Shown here piece by piece: positions 16,985-27,618 of a stretch of 32,000 bases of DNA. Under the pieces are notes generated by a model. It ran no database searches and was not told the origin of the DNA. It saw nothing but the letters and a program-made list of their open reading frames with translations. The translations under genes were made by a program, and so were the position numbers. This stretch comes from Bacteroidota bacterium (lineage in GTDB: Bacteria > Bacteroidota > Bacteroidia > CAILMK01 > JAAYUY01), in the NCBI GenBank assembly GCA_016776505.1, contig JADHTG010000031.1:1-32000 (forward strand). The letters are read 5' to 3'. Every line of letters begins with the position of its first letter. Position 1 is the stretch's first letter.

Positions 16985-17155
16985 TAGAATTTGAAAATCA
17001 TCTTATTTCATCAGCCTAATGAGTTGATCGCAAGCTGCTATAGACCTAATTAACGGGGGAAAATTAATCTACAGAAGCACCCATCATCCTGATTGAAATT
17101 AAATCATATTCTTTAATTTCGCATCTTATTTTTATCCATTCCTAAAATTAGTTTC

Positions 17156-19267
17156 ATGCAGAAATATTATTTAATTGTTCTATTGGCTGTCTCCTTCATT
17201 TTAAGCAGTTGTAACAAAAAAAATGACTCTGAAGTAACAACAGAGGAGGTTTCCTATGCAAATGATACTGGCATTTTTGATAAGGCAAACGGCAAACTGA
17301 CACCAGAAATGATGTGGAGTTTTGGCAGGCTAGGTACTGACATCCAAATTTCACCCGATAAAAACAATCTGATATATGGCATTAAAAAGTATAATCTTCA
17401 AGGTAATACAGGCAGAAGTGACATTTATTCAATTCCCGCTGATGGAGGAGAGCCCAAGATACTCACTGGTGATTTAGAAGAATCATCTTTCAATGCAATC
17501 TGGCGGCCTGATGGTAATAAAATTGGTTTTATAACAGTTGATGAGGATGGGGCCCAAATCTGGGAAATGAATCCCGACGGAAGCGACAAACTGAAAATCA
17601 CGAATATTGAAAACGGGATAAATGGCTTCTTGTATGCTCCCGATAGAAAACATATTGTATTTGCCTCCGATGTAAAACTAGATCATACAACACTGGATCT
17701 TTACAAAGATCTTCCCGAAGCCAATGTCCGGATAATCAATGATTTGATGTACAGGCATTGGAGCCAGTGGCATGACTATGCTTACAGTCATGTTTTTGTT
17801 GCAGCTTATTCTGACGGAGCAATTGAAGAGGCTGTAGACATCATGGAAGGAGAACGATTTGATACTCCCATGAATCCATGGGGTGGCATGGAACAGATCA
17901 ACTGGAGTGCTGATGGGAGCAAAGTGGCTTATGCCTGCAAGAAAAAGTTTGGCAGGGAATATACACTCAGTACCAATTCAGAGATCTATATCTATGATCT
18001 CCAAAGCAAAGAAACAACCAACCTGACAGAAAATGGATTGGAAGGATATGATCATGATCCGGTTTTTTCACCTAATGGAAAAATGATTGTTTGGAAAAGC
18101 ATGGAGGAAGACGGATTTGAGGCAGATAAGGAAAGAATGATGCTTTATTATTTTGAAACAAATGAATTGGTGGATCTCTCTGAAGGATTCGACCAGAATG
18201 CATCACAATTTACCTGGGCTGAAGACAACAAAACAATCTATTTCACCAGTGGTGTAAATGCTACTTATCAAATATACAAGATCGATATCGAAACAAGGGA
18301 CATTACTCAAATCACGGAGGGAGTTCATAATTACCAGTCTTATGTTTTAGGGAAAAACGCACTGCTGGCTTGTAAAATGAGCATGTCGAAAGCTACAGAA
18401 ATTTTCTCGGTGGAGATGAACTCAGGGGAAGAAACACAGCTTACTTTTACAAATAAATGGATCTATGATCAAATCAAACTGGCCAGGGTTGAGGCAAGAT
18501 GGATTAAAACTACTGATGAGAAAGATATGCTGACCTGGATTATCTATCCTCCTGATTTTGATCCAAACAAAAAGTATCCCACCCTTTTATACTGCCAGGG
18601 AGGTCCCCAAAGCGCCGTGAGTCAATTTTTCTCATACAGGTGGAACTTCCAGATCATGGCAGCTCACGGATACATTATCGTTGCTCCTAACCGAAGGGGA
18701 TTGCCTACATTCGGACAGGAATGGAACGATCAGATCAGCGGTGATTATGGAGGTCAAAACATGAAAGATTACTTCAGTGCTATCGATGAAATGGCCATGG
18801 AACCCTATGTGGACAAAAATAAGCTGGGAGCTGTGGGTGCAAGTTACGGGGGCTATTCTGTATTTTGGTTAGCAGGACATCATGAAGGCCGTTTTAAAGC
18901 TTTTATTTCTCATTGCGGAATCTTCAATTTTGAAAGCATGTATGGCTCCACGGAAGAATATTTCTTTGTAAATAAGGATTATGAAGGTGCCTATTGGGAA
19001 GATCCAAGCCCTGTGAGTTATTCATTTTCCCCCCATTTATTCGTAAAAAACTGGGACACTCCCATATTGATCATAAGTGGAGAAAATGATTTCAGGATCC
19101 CATACACTCAAAGTATGGAAGCATTTAATGCTGCCCAGTTGCTGGGGGTAAAGAGCCGGCTCCTGATTTTCCCTGAAGAAACTCATTTTGTATTAAAACC
19201 CCAGAATGCAGTGCTTTGGCAAAGAGAGTTTTTTGGATGGTTGGATACTTACCTGAAACAAGATTAA
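17156..19267 (+). CDS. S9-family prolyl oligopeptidase-like lipoprotein (WD40-like beta-propeller plus alpha/beta hydrolase)
   Basis: Lipobox-like FILSSCNKK; propeller repeats; GAVGASYGGYSVFWLAG catalytic Ser motif and EETHFV catalytic His. Confidence 0.9.
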   Translation: MQKYYLIVLLAVSFILSSCNKKNDSEVTTEEVSYANDTGIFDKANGKLTPEMMWSFGRLGTDIQISPDKNNLIYGIKKYNLQGNTGRSDIYSIPADGGEPKILTGDLEESSFNAIWRPDGNKIGFITVDEDGAQIWEMNPDGSDKLKITNIENGINGFLYAPDRKHIVFASDVKLDHTTLDLYKDLPEANVRIINDLMYRHWSQWHDYAYSHVFVAAYSDGAIEEAVDIMEGERFDTPMNPWGGMEQINWSADGSKVAYACKKKFGREYTLSTNSEIYIYDLQSKETTNLTENGLEGYDHDPVFSPNGKMIVWKSMEEDGFEADKERMMLYYFETNELVDLSEGFDQNASQFTWAEDNKTIYFTSGVNATYQIYKIDIETRDITQITEGVHNYQSYVLGKNALLACKMSMSKATEIFSVEMNSGEETQLTFTNKWIYDQIKLARVEARWIKTTDEKDMLTWIIYPPDFDPNKKYPTLLYCQGGPQSAVSQFFSYRWNFQIMAAHGYIIVAPNRRGLPTFGQEWNDQISGDYGGQNMKDYFSAIDEMAMEPYVDKNKLGAVGASYGGYSVFWLAGHHEGRFKAFISHCGIFNFESMYGSTEEYFFVNKDYEGAYWEDPSPVSYSFSPHLFVKNWDTPILIISGENDFRIPYTQSMEAFNAAQLLGVKSRLLIFPEETHFVLKPQNAVLWQREFFGWLDTYLKQD

Positions 19268-19293
19268 ATGCAGATGCTTAACTCAATTCACCC

Positions 19294-19683
19294 ATGAAAA
19301 GAAGCAATCAAACTCTTTATAAGTATCTTTTTTGGTGCTGGTTAATTCTTATATTGGGTGTTTCCTCTATTCCCAGTCTGCCGGTTCTTGAAAAAGAAGT
19401 AATTGGTCTCGTGCGAACCGATTATTTCATTCATTTTGTCGAATACTTTATACTGGCTATGCTTTTTGTTTTGTGGAAGAAAAATACTTCATTTAAACCG
19501 ATCAGCCTGGTCTTGATTTGGCTCATAGGAACAGCCATAGCTTTTGCTGATGAAATTCATCAATTGTGGATTCCTGATCGCACCTTCAACCCGGCAGATC
19601 TCTTATTCAATTCTTTTGGTATACTTTCCGGCCTGATTCTCACAAACATACTGTTAATAAATTTTTCATATCAAAATGATTAA
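19294..19683 (+). CDS. VanZ family membrane protein
   Basis: Four hydrophobic segments with DYFIHFVEYFILAMLF and ADEIHQLWIPDRTFNPADLLFNSFGILSG. Confidence 0.85.
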   Translation: MKRSNQTLYKYLFWCWLILILGVSSIPSLPVLEKEVIGLVRTDYFIHFVEYFILAMLFVLWKKNTSFKPISLVLIWLIGTAIAFADEIHQLWIPDRTFNPADLLFNSFGILSGLILTNILLINFSYQND

Positions 19684-19708
19684 TTGAGATAATTTTGACA
19701 GATAATTT

Positions 19709-20221
19709 ATGCCGATGGGAGTAAATCATGTGTCATTTAAGGATTTGTCAACCACACAACAAGAACTGGTATTTTCCGCTCAAAAAGTGATGTCAAAAGC
19801 CTACAATATTTATTCGGATTACTTTGTAGGCGCCAGTGTCAGAACAAAAAAGGGGGGAATATATTCATCAGCTAACATGGAAAATTCCTCTTACGGACTT
19901 TCCATTTGTGCGGAAGTAGGTGCCATACAGCAGGCCATTTCATCAGGAGATCCGGAAATTACCACAATAGCAGTTTGCGGAGGATTTAATTCTGAAAACA
20001 AAGGCAAAACACCGACTCCTTGTGGCAGATGCAGGCAGTTAATCTATGAATCTAGCCAGATATCTTCCATCGACCTGGAAGTTATTTGTGCAAATTCTGA
20101 TTTGTCCGGTATTATTATTACTAAAATATCTGATTTATTACCCTTACCTTTCGGATCAAAGGACCTTCATTTGGATTTGAAAATTAAAGAGATAAAAAAG
20201 CGAATAAAAAAATCAAAATAA
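19709..20221 (+). CDS. cdd: Cytidine deaminase
   Basis: YSDYFVGASVRTKKGGIYSSANMENSSYGLSICAEVGAI and TPCGRCRQLIYE zinc-binding motifs. Confidence 0.9.
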   Translation: MPMGVNHVSFKDLSTTQQELVFSAQKVMSKAYNIYSDYFVGASVRTKKGGIYSSANMENSSYGLSICAEVGAIQQAISSGDPEITTIAVCGGFNSENKGKTPTPCGRCRQLIYESSQISSIDLEVICANSDLSGIIITKISDLLPLPFGSKDLHLDLKIKEIKKRIKKSK

Positions 20222-20247
20222 ATTTAGGAATTACTCAATAAAATAGG

Positions 20248-20790
20248 ATGAAATATCTGATAACAGGCAGCTTGGCAATCTTTATTTTACTCGTTTTATC
20301 AGGATGTCTGACCTGCGAGAAAAAAGAGTATGTTTTTGAGCTAAAAAAAGATGGAAGCGGTAAACTGACTATTATTTATCACAATATCATGTCGGCTATG
20401 GAAGAAGATCTTGATATGTCGGAAAAGGACTATACTGAACTAACTAGTGAATATATGGAAGGAAATAAGCTGCAGGAAGATTACCCGAATTGCAAGATAA
20501 AAAGGTATAAATTATATGAACAGGATGGATTGCTGAATGGAAAAGTAAGTATTTATTTTGAAAAGATTGAGGATGTCAAGCTCTATCAACATCAGGGCAG
20601 GGGACACTATATGCTCAGTTTATGTGATTACAGTGAATCATATGTCAGTTCGAACGGTGAATATGGGGATGAAATCATGCCGGTGGTGTTTTGGGATAAA
20701 GGATTAAATGAGCTAAAATTAACGACTTTTATAGATGAACCCGGCGAGCAGAACATGAGCCTAATTGATGAATATAAAAAGTCGAAATAA
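20248..20790 (+). CDS. Hypothetical lipoprotein
   Basis: Signal plus lipobox IFILLVLSGCLTCEKK; no recognised family. Confidence 0.6.
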   Translation: MKYLITGSLAIFILLVLSGCLTCEKKEYVFELKKDGSGKLTIIYHNIMSAMEEDLDMSEKDYTELTSEYMEGNKLQEDYPNCKIKRYKLYEQDGLLNGKVSIYFEKIEDVKLYQHQGRGHYMLSLCDYSESYVSSNGEYGDEIMPVVFWDKGLNELKLTTFIDEPGEQNMSLIDEYKKSK

Positions 20791-21472
20791 CGATATCCAG
20801 AGCGCGTGTAATAAAGCACTTATTAATTTATCTATTATTCTTACTTTCCTTAGCTTAAGTTTACATTCTTTAACTCAAACAATCAATCCTAAGATAAAGA
20901 TTAATAATAGTATAGACTCATCTGGTTTTTCTATGTATTCATTCAATGATACTTTAAATATTGATAATGAGAACTTGAAGATATTATACTCTCCAGCCAA
21001 TTCCAACATCCTGGTTGTAACCAGCTCAGGAAAATCAGGCACTACACTGCTTATCGCATTGGCTGATTCAAACAAAACCCATGTTTTATGGTATTCTGAC
21101 GCAATAGATCATTTTGAACTGATAGATTTTAATAAGGATCAGGTGGACGAGCTCCTTGTTGAAACTGAAAATGCCGAAGAAACTATGATTTCAAATAAAA
21201 TGTATATCCTGTCACTTGACAGATCTGCTGTTGACACTTTGTTTCAAATGGATGGTTATCACTTCAGGAGATCGGCAGTAAAAAATATATCGCCCCTTTC
21301 TAAATCCTATTTCTACACAATTAAGGATTACAATAAGGACCATTTACTGGATCTGAAAGTAAAAACCATTCGAAAATATAAGAAAGACAGGAAGTGTGAT
21401 TGCGATAAAGATTACTTTTACAGAATAAAAAAACAATATTTCTATTTTAAAGAGGGTGGTTTTAATGAATAA
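20765..21472 (+). CDS. Hypothetical exported protein
   Basis: Long ORF with an N-terminal hydrophobic segment (LINLSIILTFLSLSLHSLTQ), start position uncertain because it overlaps the upstream ORF. Confidence 0.5.
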   Translation: MMNIKSRNNDIQSACNKALINLSIILTFLSLSLHSLTQTINPKIKINNSIDSSGFSMYSFNDTLNIDNENLKILYSPANSNILVVTSSGKSGTTLLIALADSNKTHVLWYSDAIDHFELIDFNKDQVDELLVETENAEETMISNKMYILSLDRSAVDTLFQMDGYHFRRSAVKNISPLSKSYFYTIKDYNKDHLLDLKVKTIRKYKKDRKCDCDKDYFYRIKKQYFYFKEGGFNE

Positions 21473-21495
21473 TTAAAATTTTTCAACAAAAACAA

Positions 21496-22137
21496 ATGAC
21501 CTTATTTTTGAAAAAAATATTTTCAGTGCGTAAATCAATACTAAGTGTTTTTTTGTTTTGCTTGATACCTATTGTTATATGGTCAGGTTCTCCCATTACT
21601 CATACCCCGTTTTACACCGCTTACCTTGATTTCAAAATGGTAGAGAAAGCTGAATTGAAAGGATTTCTTGACAACGAGGTGGCCGACTACCTACTTTCAC
21701 CCAAATTATCACTTGATTTAAAAGCTGCAATCATCAATGCGCTTTCATTTGAAATTCTTGGTAAAGACAATTCAAACCGCTTTATTTCCTTTTTAAACAA
21801 GAAATACCATTCTGATGATTTCGTTCAATACCAGGATAAGCTTACTGCAGACGAATTATTCTGCCTGGGTTATTTATTAGTCATGGATGATTATTTTAGT
21901 CCGAAAATTGCTATCCCCTACCTGAAAAAGGCCAAAGAGATGGAGCCAAATGACTATACGATCAATATGATATTGGCGATAACATCTGCTCAATCTATCT
22001 TTAATGTGAATAAATGCAAAGCCTGTAAAATGATCGATGATGTTATCAAAAACAAAAAGCTAACAGATCGAATGTTGCCCGAGGCAGAAGAAACCATATT
22101 GATTTATTTTAACAGAATTGGATATGAATGTCACTAA
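21496..22137 (+). CDS. Hypothetical exported protein, helical/TPR-like
   Basis: Signal-like N-terminus; LCLGYLLVMDDYFSPKIAIPYLKKAKEMEPNDYTINMILAI resembles a TPR. Confidence 0.5.
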   Translation: MTLFLKKIFSVRKSILSVFLFCLIPIVIWSGSPITHTPFYTAYLDFKMVEKAELKGFLDNEVADYLLSPKLSLDLKAAIINALSFEILGKDNSNRFISFLNKKYHSDDFVQYQDKLTADELFCLGYLLVMDDYFSPKIAIPYLKKAKEMEPNDYTINMILAITSAQSIFNVNKCKACKMIDDVIKNKKLTDRMLPEAEETILIYFNRIGYECH

Positions 22138-22252
22138 AACAGGCTTTTATGAACATTCATTTAATCTTTGGATCATTTAATTAGGCCTTATCAATTGTTC
22201 TGGTATTGTTTAGATAATTTTAGGGCAATTACAGGATCAGCAAATACTTAAT

Positions 22253-23098
22253 TTAATCCTCGTTTTGACTTGTAGCCTTCGCCTCTCCCTGTTTTACTTT
22301 CTTATTTTGTCTTTTTTGAAGGCGGAAATAGAAATAGATTACTCCGGCAATCACAAACAGGGAGATAAATTGAGAATTTGAAAGAAAATCTTCTATCACA
22401 TAACCACGACCTTCGTCACCCCTGAAAATTTCAATAATACTCCTACCGATTGCATATAATGCAAGGTAAATGAGGAACAGCTGCCCATGAAACTGTTTCC
22501 TGGATTTGATTAATGAAAGTATCAGTATGATTAAAAGCAGCAGAAGAACACTATATAATTGAGTTGGATGAAGCGGCATATCCTTTGGATAGGCTGCACA
22601 ATGAGGATCTGAAAATGTAATTCCTAAAAAACTATCTGTTGGAATCCCATGACAACATCCGGCCATAAAACAACCGAAACGACCAAACGCATGTACAATA
22701 GGTGCTGTTATTGCAATGATATCCAGCATTTGAAGCACAGGAATCTTGTGCTTTTTGAAAAAGAACAGCATCGTGGGTATTGCGAATATTAAAGATCCAT
22801 AAAATACAAAACCACTGCTGAAATTTTTGAGCAGGTTGGCCGGATCAGAAAAATAAAAGCGTGGATTTTCAAACCAAGTGAATACCTTGCCGCCAACAAC
22901 AGCAGCAATCACAATGTAAATCAACAAAGAGGTAATCGTATCCTGGCTGATCCCCATTTCTTTTTTCGCTCTCCAGGATGCATAAGTATAGGCTGCGAGT
23001 ATGCCCAGGGCTATGAAAAAACCATAAGAATGAACAGTTAAATGATCCGGACCAGGTAAAAAGTCGGGCCAGGGAATTTTAAATAGTACTGGGTGCAT
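22253..23098 (-). CDS. lgt: Prolipoprotein diacylglyceryl transferase
   Basis: SYGFFIALGILAAY, HAFGRFGCFMAGCCHG, HPTQLYS, GRSIIEIFRGD in a multi-TM protein. Confidence 0.93.
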   Translation of the reverse strand: MHPVLFKIPWPDFLPGPDHLTVHSYGFFIALGILAAYTYASWRAKKEMGISQDTITSLLIYIVIAAVVGGKVFTWFENPRFYFSDPANLLKNFSSGFVFYGSLIFAIPTMLFFFKKHKIPVLQMLDIIAITAPIVHAFGRFGCFMAGCCHGIPTDSFLGITFSDPHCAAYPKDMPLHPTQLYSVLLLLLIILILSLIKSRKQFHGQLFLIYLALYAIGRSIIEIFRGDEGRGYVIEDFLSNSQFISLFVIAGVIYFYFRLQKRQNKKVKQGEAKATSQNED

Positions 23099-24059
23099 AC
23101 TTCTTTAGTTTAGGATTCACCTCAAAGTTAGTCGAATTTACCAGGACATTCAGGCTCGCGGGAATTAATTCAATTTCAGCTGGTGATTCACCCAGGAATT
23201 CACCATCAGCTTCTACCAGAAAGGGTATATCAGATTGTAATTTGAAGTGTCTTCCACAACGTAAAATAACTTTTGAGATCTTAACGAAACTGCCATTGAA
23301 CAAGCGTAAAACATTTTTAATCACACCCCATTTACTTAAATCCCCAATCATGGTAATATCCAGGTAAGCGCTGTCAGGTTTTGAGAATGGTAATATCATC
23401 ATTCCTCCCCCATTGTATTTGCATATGCCGGCAGCTATACTTAGCAATCTTGCTTTATCCGTATGATCATCAAGGATTACTATAGCTTCCTTATTCCTGG
23501 ATTTAAACAAGTCTAAAAGCAGGGTTAAAAAATATATGAAGGTCCCTGATCTGCCTTTTTCCTTGGCTTTCTGCACATCCCTGACTACCAGGGCATCAAA
23601 TCCAAAACCAGCAATATTGATAAAATATTTGTATTTGCTTTTCCCATCTGAAAAATAGGTCAGTTTACCAATATCCTGCCTGAATTTTTTCCCGTGGATC
23701 AATAATTCAACGGATTGCTCTATCGATACAGGATTAGAATAGGTTTTACCCCAATCATTTCCGTTTCCAACAGGTATATTGGCCAGAAGCATTTCGCTTG
23801 TAGGCACCTCTTTTTGAATAAAAATACCATTGACTACTTCGTTCAAACTACCGTCACCACCTACTACAGCAAATTTTCTGTAGCCTTGTTTGATAAACTC
23901 GCTGCTCTTTCCTATGGCATGTCCTGGATATTCTGTAAAAAATGAATCATATACTACTTGCATCTTATCCAGGTAATCTTGTATCACAGGCCATTTTTTC
24001 AACCCTTTCCCATTCCCTGCCTGAGGATTTACAACGATCATCCATGTGTGTTTCATCAC
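23079..24059 (-). CDS. Diacylglycerol kinase-family lipid kinase
   Basis: VVNPQAGNGKG, VVGGDGSLNEVVNG, IPVGNGNDWGK, VEADGEFLG. Confidence 0.9.
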   Translation of the reverse strand: MMKHTWMIVVNPQAGNGKGLKKWPVIQDYLDKMQVVYDSFFTEYPGHAIGKSSEFIKQGYRKFAVVGGDGSLNEVVNGIFIQKEVPTSEMLLANIPVGNGNDWGKTYSNPVSIEQSVELLIHGKKFRQDIGKLTYFSDGKSKYKYFINIAGFGFDALVVRDVQKAKEKGRSGTFIYFLTLLLDLFKSRNKEAIVILDDHTDKARLLSIAAGICKYNGGGMMILPFSKPDSAYLDITMIGDLSKWGVIKNVLRLFNGSFVKISKVILRCGRHFKLQSDIPFLVEADGEFLGESPAEIELIPASLNVLVNSTNFEVNPKLKKYAPSTI

Positions 24060-24220
24060 CTTTATTATTTTAACAGACAGTAAAATTAGATCAATTCACC
24101 TGATAATCCTGATAAATCGAATTTCTTGCTTGGATCCTTGCTGCAGAAAGAGTCAAACAGCCTTCTACATTATATGATCACTTATACTATTTTTGAATTT
24201 TATCTAACAAAACGGGGCAT

Positions 24221-25123
24221 ATGGAAATTATCCTCTTTAAAATTCTTCCTGTATTATTGATTTTCCTTTTAGGGTATATTCTGAAGATCCTGAACGTCTT
24301 GCCGGTCAAATATGGAGATATGTTGATCCGGGTCATTTTTAATGTCTCACTCCCGGCATTAGTTATCGTGTCCATATCCTCTTTGGAATTAAATCTGCAA
24401 TTGGTTTATCTGCCCTTTTGCTCCTTCATTGTCATATGTGCTGTTTATTTCATTAGCCTGTTCACAGGCAAGGCTTTTAAATTGCAGAAATTGACTTTCG
24501 GGACTTTTCTTATTGGAACACTTATATTGAATAATGGATTTTTAATCCCTTTTATCATGGCTGCTTTTGGTGATGATGGCGTTGCCAGGTTATTATTATT
24601 TGATTTTACAAACGGACTGCTGGTTTTTAGCTTTATCTACTACCAGGCTGTTAAATTTGGGAATAAAGGAGCAGGAAATAAAACGATAATTAAAAAGTTT
24701 CTTGTTTCAGCTCCTCTCTGGGCATTATTTATAGCCATTATATTAAACCTAGCTCAGCTGAAAATTCCTTTTACACTCTATCATTTCCTGGATATTTCAG
24801 GTGATATGACGATTCCTTTAATGATGCTGAGTTTAGGTATATTTTTCAATCCAAAACCCCATAAAATCAAGCTGGTGGCCGCTGGATTATTTATTCGCAT
24901 GGGAATTGGACTGGGATTGGGGATCCTTCTTAGCTGGCTATTTGGTTTGGAAGGATTAAACCGCACCATTGTGATCATAGGTTCTGCTGCACCCATTGGA
25001 TTTAATACTTTAACTTTTGCTTCCATGGAGGAATTAGACAAGGAATTTGCAGCAAGCCTGGTTTCAGCTTCCATACTGATTGGCATATTTTATACTCCTT
25101 TTTTGATATTTTTGCTTCAATGA
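24221..25123 (+). CDS. AEC-family (auxin efflux carrier-like) transporter
   Basis: About ten TM segments; NVSLPALVIVSISS, GTFLIGTLILNNGFLIPFI, MMLSLGIFF, GSAAPIGFNTLTFA. Confidence 0.85.
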   Translation: MEIILFKILPVLLIFLLGYILKILNVLPVKYGDMLIRVIFNVSLPALVIVSISSLELNLQLVYLPFCSFIVICAVYFISLFTGKAFKLQKLTFGTFLIGTLILNNGFLIPFIMAAFGDDGVARLLLFDFTNGLLVFSFIYYQAVKFGNKGAGNKTIIKKFLVSAPLWALFIAIILNLAQLKIPFTLYHFLDISGDMTIPLMMLSLGIFFNPKPHKIKLVAAGLFIRMGIGLGLGILLSWLFGLEGLNRTIVIIGSAAPIGFNTLTFASMEELDKEFAASLVSASILIGIFYTPFLIFLLQ

Positions 25124-25161
25124 TTTAGCTCATTCAAGTTTTAACCGAAAATAATTGAACA

Positions 25162-26115
25162 TTGAACTCTCGCACACCCTACATTTGGGGACACCACAGG
25201 CGCTTTAATACCTATTCTAACTTTTTGCAGAAAAAATTTGGAAGACGGATTCAAAAAATAGCGGTTGATGCAGGTTTCAGCTGCCCTAACAGGGATGAAA
25301 CAACAAGAAAGGGAGGCTGCACATTTTGCTCAAATGAGGCCTTCCGACCTAAATTTTGTGATGCTGACAAGTCCATAAAAGAGCAACTGAAAACAGGTAT
25401 TAGTCATTATAAAAAACGATACAAAACGCCCCAGCAATTTATGGCCTATTTTCAGGCCTATACTAACACATATGCTTCTGTTGACATATTAGAAGAAAGA
25501 TACCGGGCTGCTTTGGAGTTCCCCGAAGTCCAGGCGATTTGCATTGGAACCAGGCCTGATTGCATGGATGATGCTGTTTTAAACCTTCTGGAGGATATCT
25601 CAAAAGAATACTTCGTATCAGTAGAGTTCGGAATTGAATCCGTATTCGATGATACCCTTGAAAAAGTAAACAGAGGGCATGGATTTGAACAAACTGTTGA
25701 CATGATAAATCAAACTGCTGCGAGAGGTTTGCATACAGGAGGACATATTATTTTTGGTTTGCCCGGAGAAACAAAAGAAATGATGCTTTATGAAGCTGAA
25801 GTTCTTTCAAAACTCCCTTTGGACTCTATAAAATTCCACCAGTTGCAGATATTGAAAAATACGGAGATGGAAACTTATTTTCGGGAATACCCTGAAGAAT
25901 TTGTACAGTTTTCACTGGATGAATACCTTGATTTTCTGCTTTGTTTTCTGGAAATTTTCAGGCCTGACATTGTTATTGAACGAATTGCCTCTGAGATTCC
26001 TGTAGAGTTTTTAGTAAACACGGCCTGGAATCAGGTGAAATATGAACAAATAGTAAATAAACTGGAAAATCTCTTTGAGGAAAAGGATAGCTGGCAGGGG
26101 AAATACTATCCTTAA
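25162..26115 (+). CDS. TIGR01212/YhcC-type radical SAM protein
   Basis: KIAVDAGFSCPNRDETTRKGGCTFCSNEAF, FGIESVFDDTLEKVNRGHGFEQTVDMI, TGGHIIFGLPGETKEMM. Confidence 0.9.
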   Translation: MNSRTPYIWGHHRRFNTYSNFLQKKFGRRIQKIAVDAGFSCPNRDETTRKGGCTFCSNEAFRPKFCDADKSIKEQLKTGISHYKKRYKTPQQFMAYFQAYTNTYASVDILEERYRAALEFPEVQAICIGTRPDCMDDAVLNLLEDISKEYFVSVEFGIESVFDDTLEKVNRGHGFEQTVDMINQTAARGLHTGGHIIFGLPGETKEMMLYEAEVLSKLPLDSIKFHQLQILKNTEMETYFREYPEEFVQFSLDEYLDFLLCFLEIFRPDIVIERIASEIPVEFLVNTAWNQVKYEQIVNKLENLFEEKDSWQGKYYP

Positions 26116-26271
26116 ATACTCAAAAAAATCTTCTTTGCATCAAATAAATTCGGATGCACCAAAGTGTCAGAATCCCTTTATCAACCCTGTTGTGCATAAT
26201 TTACATTCTGATCGTTTCAATATTGACGTAAATTTCGCCCGTTTTATGTTCTTTGAATTGAAAAATGTTAA

Positions 26272-27603
26272 ATGACTAAAAAATCCAAACAGAAGAAAAT
26301 TTTTGTCCTTGACACCAATGTAGTGCTTTATGACTACCAAAGTATATACACCTTTGAAAACAACATTGTTGTAATTCCCATAACACTGCTTGAAGAGATT
26401 GATAAATTTAAGCGTGGCAATGAAATAATAAATTACAATGCGCGTGAATTCGCGCGTGAACTCGATACTATTTTTGGAGATGTTTTGCTGAGTGAAGGGG
26501 TTAAATTAGACACAGGGGAAGAAATATTTGTCAGTACCAATACTATTTTTGATGAAAAACTCAAGGGTGTTTTCTGGGAAGATAAACCTGATCACCGTAT
26601 TCTATCAGTAGCCTTTAACCTGGCAAAAGAAAAAGGCCCGGAAAATGTATTCCTGGTTTCAAAAGATATTAATCTCAGGATGAAAGCCAAAAGTGTGGGC
26701 ATCAATTCTCAGGATTACGAAACAGGAAAGATCAAAAATATCGATGAACTATATTCCGGGAAGAATCTTGTTGAAAACATCCATTCGGATGTAATTGACA
26801 AGATTTACCAACAGGGATTCATTGATCTTGAACAAAGCGGGGTTCAATCAAGCCCTAGTCCAAATGAGTATTTTATTCTGCGAAATGGCAATAAAAGTAT
26901 CCTAACGGTATTCCATAAGGAGACCCATACTTTCCGCCAGGTTGAAAAAATTCGGGCATATGGCATAACTCCCAGAAATGCAGAACAGGCCTTTGCTTTG
27001 AATGCGCTAATGAATCCTGAAGTTAGCCTGGTGACTTTATCCGGGAAAGCTGGAACAGGAAAAACCCTCATGGCACTGGCTGCCGCCTTACAGGTGCGTA
27101 AAGATTACAAGCAAATTTTGCTTGCACGACCCATTGTTCCCTTATCAAATCGTGATCTTGGATTTTTACCTGGAGATATTACCAGTAAGCTCGATCCCTA
27201 TATGCAACCCCTTTTTGATAACCTGACAGTTATTAAACATCAGTTTAAAGAAGAATCGACAGAATTTACACGCATCAATGAATTGCTGAAAAATGAAAAA
27301 TTAATGATCACTCCCCTGGCTTATATCAGGGGTCGTAGTTTGTCAAAAGTCTATTTTATAGTTGATGAAGCTCAAAACCTGACCCCCCATGAAGTAAAAA
27401 CTATTATCACGAGGGCTGGAGAAGGTACTAAAGTGGTTTTTACAGGCGATCCTTACCAAATAGATACTCCTTACCTCGATTCACGTTCAAACGGATTAAC
27501 CGTACTGATAGATAAAATGAAAGGACAGGGTCTTTACGGACATGTAACGATGGAGAAAGGAGAGAGATCCATACTGGCAGAATTGGCTTCAGATTTATTG
27601 TAA
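26272..27603 (+). CDS. PIN domain-PhoH-like ATPase fusion
   Basis: PIN start KIFVLDTNVVLYDYQSI; SLSGKAGTGKTLMALAAA Walker A; FIVDEAQNLTPHEVKTIITRAGEGTKVVFTGDPYQID. Confidence 0.93.
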   Translation: MTKKSKQKKIFVLDTNVVLYDYQSIYTFENNIVVIPITLLEEIDKFKRGNEIINYNAREFARELDTIFGDVLLSEGVKLDTGEEIFVSTNTIFDEKLKGVFWEDKPDHRILSVAFNLAKEKGPENVFLVSKDINLRMKAKSVGINSQDYETGKIKNIDELYSGKNLVENIHSDVIDKIYQQGFIDLEQSGVQSSPSPNEYFILRNGNKSILTVFHKETHTFRQVEKIRAYGITPRNAEQAFALNALMNPEVSLVTLSGKAGTGKTLMALAAALQVRKDYKQILLARPIVPLSNRDLGFLPGDITSKLDPYMQPLFDNLTVIKHQFKEESTEFTRINELLKNEKLMITPLAYIRGRSLSKVYFIVDEAQNLTPHEVKTIITRAGEGTKVVFTGDPYQIDTPYLDSRSNGLTVLIDKMKGQGLYGHVTMEKGERSILAELASDLL

Positions 27604-27618
27604 TTCAAAAGATGTTTT

